Positions 18,161 to 29,105 are shown, counted from the stretch's first letter. The stretch: 64,000 bases of DNA from Anaeromyxobacteraceae bacterium (GCA_047602405.1 JASGHJ010000002.1:2624001-2688000), one strand, 5' to 3'. Notes: generated by a model from the sequence alone, not told the origin. Numbers and translations are program-made.

Positions 18161-19419
18161 GATCTCTTCCCGATGTCGCGGCGGTACTGCACGCCGCGGA
18201 AGTGGATGCGAGCGGCGGCCGTATAGGCGCGCGCCGCGGCGTCCGCCACCCCCTCTCCGAGGGCGCAGACCGTGAGCACCCGTCCGCCGGCGGTGACGAG
18301 CCGGCCCTGGGCGTCGAGCGCGGTGCCGGCGTGGAAGACCTGCACGTCGGGCTCGAACGGCCCGTCGGCGCCCTCGATGACGTCGCCGGCCGCCGGCCTC
18401 GCCGGGTAGTGCTCGGCGGCGAGCACGAGGCCGGCCGCCGCCCGGCGGTCCACCTCGAGCGCCACGCCCGAGAGGTCGCCCCTCGCCGCGGCGAGCAGCA
18501 CCGGGACCACGTCGCCCGCGAGCCGCATCATGAGCGGCTGGGTCTCGGGGTCGCCGAGGCGGGCGTTGAACTCGAGGACGCGCGGGCCGGCGGGCGTGAG
18601 CATGAGCCCCGCGTAGAGCGCGCCGCGGAAGGGCTTGCCCCGCCGGGCGAGCTCGCGCACCGCGGGCACGAGCACGTCGCGCTCGACCGTGGCGAGGAGC
18701 TCCGCCGAGACCTCCGGCGTGGGCGAGAAGGCGCCCATGCCGCCGGTGTTCGGGCCCTGGTCGCCGTCGAAGATGCGCTTGTGGTCCTGCGCGGCGGGCA
18801 GCATGCGGACCCGCTCGCCGTCGGTGAAGCCGATGCAGCTCGCCTCGGGGCCGGTGAGCCGCTCCTCGACCACCACCCGCGCGCCGGCGCCGCCGTGGAC
18901 GCGGTCGACGAGGATGGTCCGGAGCGCCTCCTCGGCCTCCGCGACCGACCCGCAGACGACGACGCCCTTCCCCGCCGCGAGGCCGTCGGCCTTCACCACC
19001 ACCCGGCCGCCCCGGGCGCGGGCCCAGGCCAGCGCGGGCTCCGGCGCGTCGAACGCCTCGTAGTCGGCGGTCGGGATGCCGGCCGCGCGCATGACGTCCT
19101 TCGCGAACGCCTTCGAGCCCTCGATCTCCGCCGCCCCGGCCCCCGGGCCGAACACCGGGACGCCGAGCTTCGCGACCCGGTCGGCGAGCCCGAGGACGAG
19201 CGGGCCCTCCGGGCCGACGACCACGAGGTCGATGCGCTCGTCGCGCGCGAACGCGGCGAGCCGCTCGACGTCGTCGGCGGGGATCGGCACCCGCGTCGCG
19301 ACCTTCGCGATGCCGGGGTTGCCGGGCGCGGCGAACAGCGCGCGCACGAGGGGACTGCGGGAGATCTTCCAGGCGAGGGCGTGTTCCCGGCCGCCCGAGC
19401 CGACCACGAGGACGCGCAT
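18157..19419 (-). CDS. purD: Phosphoribosylamine--glycine ligase
   Basis: VVGSGGREHALAW, KADGLAAGKGV, QDHKR, GPNTGGMG, EFNARLGDPE. Confidence 0.98.
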   Translation of the reverse strand: MRVLVVGSGGREHALAWKISRSPLVRALFAAPGNPGIAKVATRVPIPADDVERLAAFARDERIDLVVVGPEGPLVLGLADRVAKLGVPVFGPGAGAAEIEGSKAFAKDVMRAAGIPTADYEAFDAPEPALAWARARGGRVVVKADGLAAGKGVVVCGSVAEAEEALRTILVDRVHGGAGARVVVEERLTGPEASCIGFTDGERVRMLPAAQDHKRIFDGDQGPNTGGMGAFSPTPEVSAELLATVERDVLVPAVRELARRGKPFRGALYAGLMLTPAGPRVLEFNARLGDPETQPLMMRLAGDVVPVLLAAARGDLSGVALEVDRRAAAGLVLAAEHYPARPAAGDVIEGADGPFEPDVQVFHAGTALDAQGRLVTAGGRVLTVCALGEGVADAAARAYTAAARIHFRGVQYRRDIGKRS

Positions 19420-19469
19420 GCGGGACCGCCTCTATACCACGGCCGGCCGGGGGGCCGGGCCGCGTCGCG

Positions 19470-21563
19470 TCACCGGAGCGACAGCTCGAGGAGGAGCGCC
19501 CGGGGCGCGACCAGGTCGGGCCGCTCGGCGGCCAGCGCCCGCGCGAGCGCGAGGGCCTCGTCCCGGCGCCCCGCCCGCGCCGCGGCCCGGGCCACGGCGA
19601 GCCGGGTGGTCACGAGCCGGGCCCGCTGCGCGGTCGGGCTCGCCCGCTCCTCGGCGGCGTCCGCCTCGCGCCCGAAGGCCTCGTAGGTCCGCGCGAGCAC
19701 CTCCCGGGCGACGGCGCTCCCCGGGTCGTCCTCCACCGCGCCACGCGCGAGCGGGAAGGCCACCCGGGGCTTCCCGAGATCGAGCGCCACCTGGGCGAGG
19801 ATCCACTGCGGGGCGGCGGCCTGCGGGGTGAGCGCCCCGGCGGCCCGCGCGAGCGCCTCCGCCCGGACGCCGTGGCCGAAGGCGAGGTGGCAGGCGGCGG
19901 CCGCGGAGAGGGCCCGCTCGCCCCGCTCGCGCGCGGCGCGGCCGAGCGCCTCGAGGCGGTCGCAGGCGTCCGCGGCCGGGGCCGGTCCCTCGTCGAAGTC
20001 GCCGGGGGCGCGCTCGAGGCGCACCTCGAGGGGGTCCTGCGCGAGGAACGCCCGCGCGACCTCGAGCGCCGGGCTCTCGGCGAGGCCGTGGTGGAGCGCG
20101 GCGGCCGCGGCGAGCAGCGTGCGCGGGTCGGACGTCTCGAGCCCCCTCGCCTCCCTCCAGGCCTCGAACGACTCGAGCGTCCGGCCGGCGAGCTCCCCGG
20201 CGCGCAGCGCGAGCAGGCTCGCCACCGAGGGCCCCGCCCGATCGCCGAGCACGCCGGCGGACTCGCGCAGCGCGGCGGGGTCGCCGGCGCGCCAGGCCGA
20301 GAGCGCCGCCTGGAAGCGCGCGGGCGCGGCGCCGGGGACCCTCGCGACCGCCTCTGCCGCCCGGGCCCTCGCGCCGGCCTCGTCGCCCTGGGCGCGCAGG
20401 ATCCCGGCGGTGAGCGCGAGGACGCGCGACGCCGCGAACGCGCCCTTCGCGCGCGGCAGCGCCTCGGCGGCGAGCGCCCGCGCCCCGGCGAGGTCGCCGT
20501 CGGCCTGCCAGGCGAGGCGCGCGAGCAGGTAGAGCGGCTCCCAGGCCTCGGGCTCGGCGCCGCGCCAGCGCTCGAGGGCGGCGCGCGCCTCCTTCCGCTG
20601 GCCGGCCGACTCCCGGATCACGGCCACGAGGTGGAGCGAGCCGGGGTGGCCGGGGTCGAGCGAGAGGCGCTCCTCGGCGAGCGCGAGCGCGTCGGCGTCC
20701 GTCCCCGCGGCCCGGCGCGCCTGCGCGGCGGCGGAGAGCAGGCGGCGATCGCCGGGATCCTTGCGGTAGGCCTCGAGCAACGCGTCGGCGGCGCGCGCCG
20801 GCTCACGCACGCCGGTCGCGAGGCCGAGCGCGAGGGCCGAGGCCGCGTCGCCTGGGGCCGCGGCCACCGCGGTGCCCGCGGCCGCGCGGGCCTCCTCGAG
20901 GTTCCGGGTGGCGTCCACGAGCAGGAGCAGGCGGGCGCGGGCGGCGGCCAGCGCGGCGCGGGGCGGCGCGCCCTTCGGCGCGGCGTCCGCGGCGGCGTCG
21001 AGGAACAGGTGGGCCGCGCGGAGCTCCTCGGCGTCGGCGTCCTCGTCCGAGGCGTCGGCGACGGCCTCGGCGAAGCCGGCGATCGCGGCCACCACCGTGG
21101 GATCCGCGGCCACGGCCTGGCGGAACGCCGCGAGCGCCTCGCGCGTGCGGCCCGGCAGGTCCGCCCGCAGGAGCTCCCGGGCCTCGTGCGCGCGGGCCTC
21201 CGCGAAGCGGCGCGGGTCGCCGGGGGGCGACGCCGGCACGAGGCCGGCCGCCTTCCAGCCCTGGATGCGGTCCTGCACCTCGCCGCGGCGGGGCGACGGC
21301 GGCTCCGGCGGCGGGCGGGAGCGCCACCACGCGACGCCGCCGAGCGCGGCGAGGAGCACGGCGCCGGCCGCGACCGCGGCGAGGACGGCGGGCCGGTCGG
21401 CGGGCGCGCGGGCGGGACGGCCCGCCGGCCGCCCGCGCGCCGCCATCGACGGCCCGCGCGCGGCGCAGGCGTCGCAGAGCGGCACCGCGGAGGCGCGGTC
21501 CTCCGGCGCGTCGAACACCTTGAAGCAGCGGCTGCAGGAGAGCTGCACGGTCCCCGGGGTCAC
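19470..21563 (-). CDS. Zn-ribbon + TM + TPR-repeat protein
   Basis: N-terminal CxxC...CxxC, one TM helix, Ala-rich TPR-like repeats; start is uncertain. Confidence 0.75.
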   Translation of the reverse strand: MTPGTVQLSCSRCFKVFDAPEDRASAVPLCDACAARGPSMAARGRPAGRPARAPADRPAVLAAVAAGAVLLAALGGVAWWRSRPPPEPPSPRRGEVQDRIQGWKAAGLVPASPPGDPRRFAEARAHEARELLRADLPGRTREALAAFRQAVAADPTVVAAIAGFAEAVADASDEDADAEELRAAHLFLDAAADAAPKGAPPRAALAAARARLLLLVDATRNLEEARAAAGTAVAAAPGDAASALALGLATGVREPARAADALLEAYRKDPGDRRLLSAAAQARRAAGTDADALALAEERLSLDPGHPGSLHLVAVIRESAGQRKEARAALERWRGAEPEAWEPLYLLARLAWQADGDLAGARALAAEALPRAKGAFAASRVLALTAGILRAQGDEAGARARAAEAVARVPGAAPARFQAALSAWRAGDPAALRESAGVLGDRAGPSVASLLALRAGELAGRTLESFEAWREARGLETSDPRTLLAAAAALHHGLAESPALEVARAFLAQDPLEVRLERAPGDFDEGPAPAADACDRLEALGRAARERGERALSAAAACHLAFGHGVRAEALARAAGALTPQAAAPQWILAQVALDLGKPRVAFPLARGAVEDDPGSAVAREVLARTYEAFGREADAAEERASPTAQRARLVTTRLAVARAAARAGRRDEALALARALAAERPDLVAPRALLLELSLR

Positions 21564-21711
21564 GGGGCGTGAGACTACCAGACGCCCCCTGGTGGGAGGC
21601 AGTCCAGCGAAGCCTCCGCCGCAGCGAAGCTGCGGCCAGGCGGAGCTGATCCAGGGGTGGGGCCCCATGAGCTTCGCTCATGGGGCGGGGGGCCTATGGC
21701 CCCCCGAGAAG

Positions 21712-23286
21712 TCAGTGTCGGAAGTGGCGCATGCCGGTCGCCACCATGGCGATGCCGGCCCGGTCGGCCGCCGCGATGGTCTCGGCGTCGCGCATCGAGC
21801 CGCCGGGCTGGATGATCGCGGTGGCGCCGGCCTTCGCGATCTCCTCCACGCCGTCCGGGAACGGGAAGAAGGCGTCCGAGCCGACCGCCGCCCCCTTCAC
21901 CTCGAGCTGGGCCTTCATGACCGCGGTCTTCACCGACTCGACGCGGCTCGTCTGGCCGCCGCCGATGGCCGTGGTGCGGTCGCCCTTCGCGAAGACGATG
22001 GCGTTCGACTTCACGTGCTTCACCACCTTCCAGGCGAAGGCGAGATCGCGCCACTCCTGCTCGGTCGGCGCGCGCTTCGTCATGACCTTCAGGTCCTCGC
22101 GGCGGACGCTGCCGAGGTCGCGGTCCATGACGAGGAGGCCGCCGGTGAGGCTGCGGACCTCGCGCGCCTCCTCGGGGCGGCGGCGCCAGCTCGCGCGCGG
22201 CGAGCCGAGGCGGGGCGCCTCGAGGAGCCGGAGGTTCTTCTTCGCGGCGAGCGCCGCGCGGGCGGCGTCGTCGTAGCCGGGCGCGATGACGCACTCGAGG
22301 AAGAGCGAGGTGAGCTCGGCCGCGGCGGCGGCGTCGACCGGCCGGTTGAGCGCGACGATGCCGCCGAAGGCGGAGACCGGATTGCACTCCCGGGCGCGGG
22401 CGAACGCCTCGGCGACCGAGGCGCCGAGGGCGACGCCGCACGGGGTGTTGTGCTTGATGACGACGCAGGCGAGCTCGTCGAACTCCTTCACGCAGGCGAG
22501 CGCCGACTCGAGGTCGAGGAGGTTGTTGTAGCTGAGCTCCTTCCCCTGCAGGACCTTCGCGAACGCGACGGTGGGCTCCTCCGGCTCGCGCCCGGCCCGG
22601 TAGAACGCGCCGGCCTGGTGCGGGTTCTCGCCGTAGCGGAGGTCCTGGACCTTGTCGTAGGTGGCGGCGAGCACGCCGGGGAAGCGCGCCGGGGCGGCCT
22701 CGGGGGCGTCGCGCGAGGTGAGCCACTCGGCGATGGCGGCGTCGTACGCGGCGGTGTGCGCGAAGGCCTTCTTCATGAGGCGGAAGCGGGTCTCCCGGGA
22801 GAGCGCGCCGGTGGCCTCGAGCTCGGAGGCGACCGCGTCGTAGTCGGCGGGGTCCACCACGACGCCGACGTGCTCGGCGTTCTTCGCGGCGCTGCGGACC
22901 ATCGTCGGCCCGCCGATGTCGATCTCCTCGACGCACCCGGCGAAGGGCTTCCCCGCCGCGACCGCCTCGCGGAACGGGTAGAGGTTCACGACCACGAGGT
23001 CGATGGGCGGGATGTCCCGCGCCTTCACGTCGGCCTCGTCGGACGCGAGGCCGCGCCGGTAGAGGATGCCGCCGTGGACCCGGGGGTGGAGCGTCTTCAC
23101 GCGGCCGCCGAGGATCTCCGGGGCGGCGGTGAAGTCGCCGACCGAGACCACCGGGACCTGCGCGTCGGCGAGCGCCTTCTGCGTGCCGCCGGTGGAGAGG
23201 AGCTCGATGCCCTTCGCGGCGAGGCGGCGGGCGAACGGGACGAGCCCGGCCTTGTCGGAGACCGAGACGAGCGCGCGGCGGACCAT
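21712..23286 (-). CDS. purH: Bifunctional AICAR transformylase/IMP cyclohydrolase
   Basis: [52 protein letters not shown]. Confidence 0.98.
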   Translation of the reverse strand: MVRRALVSVSDKAGLVPFARRLAAKGIELLSTGGTQKALADAQVPVVSVGDFTAAPEILGGRVKTLHPRVHGGILYRRGLASDEADVKARDIPPIDLVVVNLYPFREAVAAGKPFAGCVEEIDIGGPTMVRSAAKNAEHVGVVVDPADYDAVASELEATGALSRETRFRLMKKAFAHTAAYDAAIAEWLTSRDAPEAAPARFPGVLAATYDKVQDLRYGENPHQAGAFYRAGREPEEPTVAFAKVLQGKELSYNNLLDLESALACVKEFDELACVVIKHNTPCGVALGASVAEAFARARECNPVSAFGGIVALNRPVDAAAAAELTSLFLECVIAPGYDDAARAALAAKKNLRLLEAPRLGSPRASWRRRPEEAREVRSLTGGLLVMDRDLGSVRREDLKVMTKRAPTEQEWRDLAFAWKVVKHVKSNAIVFAKGDRTTAIGGGQTSRVESVKTAVMKAQLEVKGAAVGSDAFFPFPDGVEEIAKAGATAIIQPGGSMRDAETIAAADRAGIAMVATGMRHFRH

Positions 23287-23357
23287 GGGGGGCAACCTCC
23301 GGGAGAGAGGCTGCCCTACCTACCGTGGTCCGCCGTGCCCCGGCAAGGGTTACCGCT

Positions 23358-23948
23358 CTACCAGCCGTCGTGGGGGAGGGTCGACGTCTCCCCCGAGCGC
23401 GGCTCGTCCTCGGCGATCTCGCGCAGGCGCGCGAGGCCCCGGGTCTCGACCTGGCGGATGCGCTCGCGGGTCAGGTTCATGATCGACCCGACCTCCTCGA
23501 GCGTGATGCCGCCGCGGTCGGCGACGTCGAGCGCGCAGGTCTCCTCGAGCTCCCAGACCTCCTTGTCGGGGAAGTTGAGCTTGATGGAGCCCGTGGACGG
23601 GTTCACGTCCAGGTAGAGGTGGTGCTTGCAGGCGATGAACATGCAGGGCCGGGGGCCCTGCGCGCAGTCCGCGCGCGAGCGCGGCCGCCTGGACTCCACC
23701 TCGTGAATGATCGTCTCGAGCTCGGGATCGACCAGGCCGAAGGCGCGCTGGCGCCTCAGCTCCCGGGCGATCTCCTTGCGCGACATGGTCTTCGAGCGCC
23801 GGCGGCCGCGCTTGCCTTCCTCGTCCGCGGCCTCGTCGCCGCCCACCGGGTCGCCGGCCACCTCGACCGCCCCCGCCTCGAGATCCTTGTGCGGGTCCTC
23901 GAGCTCCATTGGCTGCGCTGGCTGCTCGCCACGATTGGCACCGTTCAT
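23358..23948 (-). CDS. Sigma70 region-4-like HTH DNA-binding protein with Cys/His cluster (AsgB-like)
   Basis: [21 protein letters not shown] region 4.2 motif with no sigma region 2; RADC...[10 protein letters not shown]; resemblance to Myxococcus AsgB is from recall. Confidence 0.8.
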   Translation of the reverse strand: MNGANRGEQPAQPMELEDPHKDLEAGAVEVAGDPVGGDEAADEEGKRGRRRSKTMSRKEIARELRRQRAFGLVDPELETIIHEVESRRPRSRADCAQGPRPCMFIACKHHLYLDVNPSTGSIKLNFPDKEVWELEETCALDVADRGGITLEEVGSIMNLTRERIRQVETRGLARLREIAEDEPRSGETSTLPHDGW

Positions 23949-24019
23949 CCCCTGCCCACCCTTCCCCGCGGCGCCCACGCGCCGCACGCCGTCCAAGCCC
24001 CGGGCCGGGGCCCCGGTCG

Positions 24020-24523
24020 CTACCCGGCGTCGGCCATGCCGCCCGACACCGTCGCGACCGCTCCGCCCACCTTCTCCAGCCGCCTCAGCGCGGTGCGGGC
24101 CTCCCGCTCCGCGCGCTCCAGCTCCTCCTCGAACCGCCTGCGGCGCGGGTGCACCCGCGCCTTCGCGGTCAGATCCTTCACGAGGTCGCGCAGGCCGGTC
24201 TCGACGTCCTCGAGCCGGTTGCGCACCGTGACGAAGCTGCCGCGGATGTCCTCGACCGTGTAGCCCTCGGCCATCATCCGCTTGATGACCGCGATGCGCC
24301 GGACCACCGACGCCGGGTAGAGCCCGGTCGAGCCGGTGTGCTTGCCCTTGCGGCCCACGCGCCGGCTCCGGGGCAAGAGCCCCAGCTGGACGTACTTCCT
24401 GAACGTCGACGCGGAGAGCCTCGCGCCGCGCGCCTCGAACAGCTTCACGACCTCGACGCTCGTGATGCCGCCCGCGCGCTCGGCCTCGATCCGCTCGATC
24501 TCGCTGAGGTCCAGGAGGTTCAT
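24020..24523 (-). CDS. MerR-like HTH transcriptional regulator
   Basis: [12 protein letters not shown]...LY...[18 protein letters not shown] followed by a coiled coil. Confidence 0.85.
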   Translation of the reverse strand: MNLLDLSEIERIEAERAGGITSVEVVKLFEARGARLSASTFRKYVQLGLLPRSRRVGRKGKHTGSTGLYPASVVRRIAVIKRMMAEGYTVEDIRGSFVTVRNRLEDVETGLRDLVKDLTAKARVHPRRRRFEEELERAEREARTALRRLEKVGGAVATVSGGMADAG

Positions 24524-24585
24524 CGTCTCGCGTGCTTCGCTTCAAAATAGGACACCGGGAATCCGCCACTGAAAACTTGATTTCG

Positions 24586-24614
24586 AAGGTAGTCCATTGA
24601 GTAGCCCTTTGCAA
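24586..24614 (-). promoter_or_regulatory. Sigma70-type promoter of the merR-like/asgB-like unit
   Basis: TTGCAA-N17-TACCTT in an AT-rich intergenic stretch. Confidence 0.6.
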
Positions 24615-24679
24615 CGGGCGAAAAGCCCCACCGCACCGCGCGGGGTGCGCGGCGGTTCAGGGCGTCCCCGAGGGGGCCG

Positions 24680-26317
24680 CTAACGAGGGACGAGGCGGGA
24701 GGTGTGGCTCTTGCGCTGGCCGGCCGTCACGCGGAGCGTCGCGATCGACGAGCGGTAGCCGGGGCGCTCGAGCCGGACCTGGTAGCTGCCCGCGGCGAGG
24801 CGGAGCAGCACCGGCGTCGAGTCGGCGACCCGGACGCCGTCGAGCAGGACCGGCGCCCAGGGAGAGGACTCGACGAACAGGAGGCCCTCGCCGGACGACG
24901 CAGGGGGAACAGGGAGGCCGCCGAGGCGGTCGGAGGAGGCGAGGACGTGAGGACGGGGACGGGCAGGAGCAGGAGCGGGAGCAGGTTCAGGAGCGGGTGC
25001 AGGTGCAGTGGGAGGTGCAGGTTCGGCGGCAGACGCGACAGGGGCAGCAGCGGGTTCAGCCGCGGCTGGCAGTGCCGCTGTCGGTGCGGCTGTTGGTGCA
25101 GCTGCCCCTGATGCTTCTGTTTCCGTTCCCGTTCCTGCACCTGCACCTGTTACTGCACCTGCTCCGGATCCTGCAGCAGCATCAATCCTCCTCCAGAGCG
25201 CCCACCCTCCTCCCACCGCGGCCAGCACCACGCTCCCCGCGATCCACGCCCTCCACGCCCGCGCCCTCCGCGTCGCGGGCGCGGTCCGGGTGGTCTCCTC
25301 CCCCGGCGAGGCCGTGCCCGCCGCCTCGGGCCGCGGCGTGCGCACCTTCGTCGGCTCCGGCGCGGAGGCCGGCGACGGGCCCTCCGGGAAGACGCGCGCC
25401 ATGAAGCCGCGCAGGTCCACGTCGTCGTGCGACCGCGCGAGCTCGAGCAGCACGCCCGACAGCGCCGCCACCACGGCGTCCGCCGTGGCGATCCGTGCCG
25501 CGGGGTCGCGGGCGAGCATCGCCATCACCACCGCGTCGAGGTGGGGCGGCACGCCCTCGTTCCACGCGGAGGGCGGCGAGATGGGCTCGCCGGAGAGGAG
25601 CGCCGCGAGCGTCGCGCCCTCCGACTCCCGCGCGAACAGGCGGCGCCCCGCGCAGAGCTCCCAGAGCACGACCCCGAGCGCGAAGAGGTCGGCGCGGGCG
25701 TCGACGTCGGCCGCGCCCCGCGCCTGCTCCGGGGCCATGTACGCGACCTTGCCCTTGAGCGTGCCCGGCGCGGTGAGCCCGGCCTGGCTCTCGGCGCGGG
25801 CGATGCCGAAGTCGGCGAGCTTCACCTCGCCCTCGAAGGAGACGAGCACGTTGTGCGGGGAGACGTCGCGGTGGACGATCCCGAGCGGCCGGCCGCCCTC
25901 CGAGAGCCGGTGGGCGTGGGCGAGGCCCTTCGCGACCTCGGCCGCGACGTGGACGGCCCGGGCGAGGCCGAGCCGGGCCCCCTGCTCACGCGCCCGCTCG
26001 ACGACCTTGCCGAGGTGGTGCCCGCGCACGAGCTCCATCGCGATGTAGTAGCGGGTGCCGCCGCCGGGCCCGGCCTGCTCGACCTGCCCGAACTCGAAGA
26101 CCTGGACCACGTTGGCGTGGCCGAGGCGCGAGGCGAGCCGCGCCTCCTCCACGAACATCCGCACGAACTCGGAGGAGGCCTCGTGCTCGCCGCGCACGAG
26201 CTTCAGCGCGACCTCCTTCACGACGCCGGCCGCGCCGGTGAACTCGGCGCGCCAGACGTCGGCCATCCCGCCGGAGGCGAGGAGCTCCTGGAGCCGGTAC
26301 TTGCCGAAGACGCGCAC
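24680..26317 (-). CDS. Ser/Thr protein kinase with TM and C-terminal PEGA domain
   Basis: GGMADVW, VALK, HRDVSPHN, DFG, YMAPE; C-terminal VESSPWAPVLLDG...GSYQVRLERPGY. Confidence 0.93.
   Translation of the reverse strand: MRVFGKYRLQELLASGGMADVWRAEFTGAAGVVKEVALKLVRGEHEASSEFVRMFVEEARLASRLGHANVVQVFEFGQVEQAGPGGGTRYYIAMELVRGHHLGKVVERAREQGARLGLARAVHVAAEVAKGLAHAHRLSEGGRPLGIVHRDVSPHNVLVSFEGEVKLADFGIARAESQAGLTAPGTLKGKVAYMAPEQARGAADVDARADLFALGVVLWELCAGRRLFARESEGATLAALLSGEPISPPSAWNEGVPPHLDAVVMAMLARDPAARIATADAVVAALSGVLLELARSHDDVDLRGFMARVFPEGPSPASAPEPTKVRTPRPEAAGTASPGEETTRTAPATRRARAWRAWIAGSVVLAAVGGGWALWRRIDAAAGSGAGAVTGAGAGTGTETEASGAAAPTAAPTAALPAAAEPAAAPVASAAEPAPPTAPAPAPEPAPAPAPARPRPHVLASSDRLGGLPVPPASSGEGLLFVESSPWAPVLLDGVRVADSTPVLLRLAAGSYQVRLERPGYRSSIATLRVTAGQRKSHTSRLVPR
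24978..25165. repeat. Imperfect inverted repeat built of hexamers, inside the kinase linker
   Basis: 24978-25008 matches the reverse complement of 25135-25165 at 27/31 nt; GCAGGT/ACCTGC units. Confidence 0.65.
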
Positions 26318-26370
26318 TCCGCGTGAGTTTACACGCGGAGCGCGCGGACTCTAAGTTCGCGACCGCCGGC

Positions 26371-28182
26371 TCAGCGCCCCGACCTCCGCGGCTGGAGGCG
26401 CGCCAGCGCAGGCGCCAGGCGGCGGCGCCGGAGCAGCCCCGCCAGGAGCGGCGCCAGCACGAGCAGGGCCGGCCCGGGCACCCCGCCGGAGGAGCAGCCG
26501 CCCGCCGGGAGCGTCCCGTGCGCCGCCATGATGGCGACCGCGAGCTGCTCGCGGGCCGCGTACAGCTTCTCCGGGGCGACCTCGGTCCCGGAGGCCGACG
26601 GGAAGAGGTCCCGCGCGATCTTCCGGGCGGTGTCGCCCTGGCCCGCGTCCGCGAGGAGCTTCAGGTACTCGTAGTCCTCCATGCCCTCGCGGATCATCTT
26701 GAGCCGGATCGAGGCCACCGGGACGTCGGTCGTGCCGCCGATGCGGGCCGGGGTGCCCGGGTAGAAGAGCGTCCCGTCGCCGTTGCCGGAGAAGTCCCAC
26801 TGCGAGGTCCAGGGGTTCTGCTGGAAGGCCCAGCCGGTCTCCCAGTACAGCTCGCCGCTCGCGCGCTCGAGGAAGGAGATCCACTCCATGGCCCGGTTGC
26901 GGACCGCGGAGGCGTCGATCATGTAGGTCGGCCAGCCGGTGAAGTAGCGATCCTCGTCGTTCGGGGAGCCGATGTTCACCGTGCCACCGCAGCCGTGGCT
27001 CATGCAGCTCTCGTACAGCCACAGCTCCTTCGTGGGCGCCGACGCGAGGAAGCCGTCGTAGCGGGCGCGCTGGTCGCCGGAGACGGCGCTGCCGGGCTTG
27101 TCGTCCATGAAGTTCACGACCGGCACCATGATGTCGATGTCCTTCGCGACGTCGTGGTCCTCGGCGTCCCAGAGCTGCGTCGTGACGAGCGTGCGGAACG
27201 CGGGGTCGGCGTCGTGCGCCGCGCGGGCGCGCGGGCCGATCTCGTCCCAGCCGCACTGGAGGGGCGGCTCGTCGCAGGTGTAGTCGAAGAGGCGGTCCAT
27301 CCAGCCGCGCGCCTTCGCGTGCTCGGCCCAGGCCCGGTGGTCCTCGAGCGAGGTGCGGCCGCCCACGTACTTCACGGTGGTGAGGCGGGCGCCCTCGAGC
27401 GCGGTCTTCGCGGTGCCGTCGATGAGCGGCCCGTAGACGCGCTCGAGGTGCTCGAAGTCGCGGACGTTCATGCCGTCGTCGGCGACGCCGGAGAGCGAGA
27501 CGCGGTGGTCGAGGGCGAGCGTCGCGTACTTCACGCGGACCGCCGAGTCCTCGCCGCCCATGGCGTGCCCACCCTGGAGGAGGCCGTAGCCGAGGCCGAA
27601 GTGCGTGCGGAGCGACGAGGTGGACGGGAGCTCGAAGCCCCAGACCTCGAGCGCGACCGGCACGCGGGTCTCCGCGCCGTCGGCCGTGATCGCGATCGAC
27701 CCCGCGTAGCCGCCGGCGCGCGCGCCCGCGGGGACGTGGACCTCGACCCAGATCGCGCGGCTCTCGCCGGCGGGGACGTCGAAGGGGAAGGCGTTGCGGG
27801 CCTCGCCGTCGACCTCGTCGACCGCGGGCACGAGGGCGTCCGGCCAGCGGCCGGTGCCGCCGTCGAGCGCGGAGGGCGAGCCGACGTCGATGAGCGCCTC
27901 GCGGTAGAGGCGCACGCCGTCGATGCGGGCGCCGCCGGGCTGGGCGAACGCCTCGGCGCGGGCGGTGACGCCGCGGGCCGGCCCGCGGACGACGATCTGG
28001 AACGCCTCGAACTCGTTCTTCGCGGCGGCGATGCGGGCCTCGTGCGCGCGGCCGGGCTGCGCGTCGGGGCGGATCTTCTCGGTCGCGCTCGCGACCCACA
28101 GGTCGGCGGGCGAGGCGGCGAGGGGGGAGGCGAGCGCTGCGAGGACGGCCGAGGCCGCGAGGAGGCGGGCGCTGAAGGTCAA
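26371..28182 (-). CDS. DUF4091 / GH123-like glycoside hydrolase with MYXO-CTERM tail
   Basis: AAKNEFEAFQ, DEP, GNGDGTLFYPG, SIRLKMIREGMEDYEYL; tail GGCSSGG-hydrophobic-RRRR; TTG start after AAAGGAG. Confidence 0.85.
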   Translation of the reverse strand: MTFSARLLAASAVLAALASPLAASPADLWVASATEKIRPDAQPGRAHEARIAAAKNEFEAFQIVVRGPARGVTARAEAFAQPGGARIDGVRLYREALIDVGSPSALDGGTGRWPDALVPAVDEVDGEARNAFPFDVPAGESRAIWVEVHVPAGARAGGYAGSIAITADGAETRVPVALEVWGFELPSTSSLRTHFGLGYGLLQGGHAMGGEDSAVRVKYATLALDHRVSLSGVADDGMNVRDFEHLERVYGPLIDGTAKTALEGARLTTVKYVGGRTSLEDHRAWAEHAKARGWMDRLFDYTCDEPPLQCGWDEIGPRARAAHDADPAFRTLVTTQLWDAEDHDVAKDIDIMVPVVNFMDDKPGSAVSGDQRARYDGFLASAPTKELWLYESCMSHGCGGTVNIGSPNDEDRYFTGWPTYMIDASAVRNRAMEWISFLERASGELYWETGWAFQQNPWTSQWDFSGNGDGTLFYPGTPARIGGTTDVPVASIRLKMIREGMEDYEYLKLLADAGQGDTARKIARDLFPSASGTEVAPEKLYAAREQLAVAIMAAHGTLPAGGCSSGGVPGPALLVLAPLLAGLLRRRRLAPALARLQPRRSGR

Positions 28183-28485
28183 CTGGGGCTCCTTTCCGGG
28201 TGGGGTTGCGCCCGGGGAACGGAGGTCCCAGCGAGGGGATTTCTCGACGGCTGGTGGGGAGAGGTGCTTCGGAGGGCGCGGATGCGCGTGCGGCGCTCAC
28301 CGGCGCGGACGCGCGCCGACGCGGCGGCATGGCGCCGCACACGCCGCCCGCTCGCCTGCGATCGGCGCTGGGGCCCTAGGCAGATCCGCGCTGGCCCGGC
28401 GGGCCGGCGCGCGGACGCGGCGGCGCCCGGCGGGCCGGAGGCTCCGCGGGCGCTTCACCGTTCGTGGATAAGATGGGGCCTGCCG

Positions 28486-29022
28486 CTACCGCGACGGCAG
28501 CCCGGGCACGTAGGCCGGGAGCGGCGGCGGACGGGCGGCCGGGCGCGCGGCGGGCAGCGGCGGAGGCCGCGGCGACGGGCGCGCCGGCACGAAGGCGGGC
28601 CCCCGCTCGAGCAGCTCGATGCGCCGCTGCTGCCGCTCGATGCGCTCCACGGCGACCGCGAGCGCGTCGCCGAGCCATCCGTCCGCGGCGAGCCGGTCGG
28701 AGGCCGACACGGGGCTCCCCGCCTCCCGCAGGGTCTCCCAGACGGCGCGGTGGAGGAGCCGGAACTCCCGCACCACCCGCGAGGCCTCGGCGCCCGAGCG
28801 GATCAGCACCGCGCAGCGCGCGGCGCCGCCGCCGGGCGGCGCACCGCCGGGTCGGGGGGTGGCGTCGTCGCGGAGCGCCAGGGACAGCTCGCGCAGCAAC
28901 GGACCGACCGCGAAGCCGATCGCGGGCTCCCCTCCCAGCTCGCGATCGACGGCCACCTTCCAGGCTGCCGCGATCTCAGACCGCTGCTCCTCCACGAGGA
29001 GCCCCACCGACACCGCTCGCAC
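28486..29022 (-). CDS. Hypothetical helical protein (RsbRD-N-like) with Pro-rich tail
   Basis: EIAAAW...VVREFRLLHRAVWE pattern; host-like codon bias. Confidence 0.65.
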   Translation of the reverse strand: MRAVSVGLLVEEQRSEIAAAWKVAVDRELGGEPAIGFAVGPLLRELSLALRDDATPRPGGAPPGGGAARCAVLIRSGAEASRVVREFRLLHRAVWETLREAGSPVSASDRLAADGWLGDALAVAVERIERQQRRIELLERGPAFVPARPSPRPPPLPAARPAARPPPLPAYVPGLPSR

Positions 29023-29089
29023 GCCTCGCCCCCCTCACCGACCGTTCAGGTCCGGAACCAGCCGGACCTGCTTTCCGCCCTCTTGCCTT

Positions 29090-29105
29090 AGCAAGCCGCC
29101 TGCCA
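29090..29105 (-). promoter_or_regulatory. Sigma54 (-24/-12) promoter
   Basis: Minus strand TGGCAG-GCGGC-TTGCT, about 70 nt upstream of the 28486..29022 gene. Confidence 0.65.

Noticed and set aside
28183..28485. Possible riboswitch in the long leader of the DUF4091 gene
   Set aside because: Only a short hairpin before the RBS; no recognisable aptamer consensus by eye (an Rfam scan would be needed).
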